From Promethearchaeota archaeon (lineage in GTDB: Archaea; Asgardarchaeota; Lokiarchaeia; Sigyniarchaeales; SOKP01): a DNA stretch of 27,584 nucleotides. The position numbers and the translations under genes were made by a program. Positions 27,107-27,584 of this stretch are shown in pieces (the stretch's first letter is position 1; the number at the start of each line of letters is the position of its first letter). The notes under the pieces were generated by a model that did not search any database, was not told the origin of the DNA, and worked only from the letters and a program-made list of their open reading frames with translations. The stretch lies in assembly GCA_016930515.1 (NCBI GenBank), contig JAFGGO010000145.1:1-27584 (forward strand), written 5' to 3'.

Positions 27107-27538
27107 TCACGCCTCTTTCAAATGCGTTTTCCACTGAGGATCGATGCATTGAAGGGCTTCTTCAGTCAAGGCTTTAATATCTGCTTCACAGGAATCGTAA
27201 AGTAGACCTAATTGCGAAAGTGCTCTTTTATCGCCTATTTTCATCAAGCTTTCCACGATAATGAACAATCGCGTGTTGTCTGGGATTGGTTTATCTAACT
27301 CTTTCTTCAGAAAGTCTATTATAGGCATCGTAGCTTTAGCGTTTCTTATACGACCAAGTGCTTCGATAATCCTATTTAACACGGAAGGATCCTCCTCTTT
27401 ATTCAAGGCCCTCACGAGCAAGTTAGTTGCCCGCCCTTCCCCTAAGGAACCTATCTTTCTCGCAGCTTCGGCTCGTTTTTCCCATTCCTCGGATTGAAAC
27501 AATTGATTTACCAGCTTGTTATACTCTTCTTCTGACAT
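27107..27538 (-). CDS. HEAT/PBS-lyase repeat protein
   Basis: Repeated R..AA..IG.LG..RA...L..AL / IIEALG.I....A / ESL.KIGD.RA units. Confidence 0.85.
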   Translation of the reverse strand: MSEEEYNKLVNQLFQSEEWEKRAEAARKIGSLGEGRATNLLVRALNKEEDPSVLNRIIEALGRIRNAKATMPIIDFLKKELDKPIPDNTRLFIIVESLMKIGDKRALSQLGLLYDSCEADIKALTEEALQCIDPQWKTHLKEA

Positions 27539-27584
27539 TTAAAAACCTTCTTTAAAAGTTAATAAAGAATTAGTTAATTAACAA

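Noticed and set aside
1322-27497. Remaining short alternative-frame and antisense ORFs in the track that overlap larger genes
   Set aside because: They lie within well-supported genes and carry no recognisable motifs.

Overview
AT-rich, gene-dense archaeal window. Most likely Asgard (Lokiarchaeia-like), inferred from GGTG(A)/GGAGG ribosome-binding motifs, frequent TTG starts, two longin-like proteins and archaeal-type protein disulfide oxidoreductases. It encodes a secreted lipase, cysE-cysK, OsmC, ThiW, a 2-oxoacid:ferredoxin oxidoreductase (alpha/beta), a Cys-rich PAS-like histidine kinase, GdhA, an ArsB/NhaD-type permease, MobA, a SET/post-SET protein, two PDOs plus TrxB, two CCG-domain Fe-S paralogs, a CrtI-like oxidoreductase and a HEAT-Grx-FTR cluster. 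The main discovery is absent from the ORF track: a 42-aa ORF at 21985-22113 (MKVVKKEKMTAS-ACKCGSTCLTA-TCKCGSGCVSN-ACKCGSSC) with three CKCGSxC repeats. It lies directly upstream of an RRE/PqqD-radical SAM-SPASM enzyme and is preceded by a perfect 16-bp palindrome, making this a candidate archaeal RiPP (thioether-crosslinked or metallothionein-like peptide) system. Two further unannotated small ORFs (a 41-aa zinc finger and a 52-aa peptide) and a probable non-canonical ACG start for the kinase were also found. All family assignments come from motif recognition by eye; no database searches were run.
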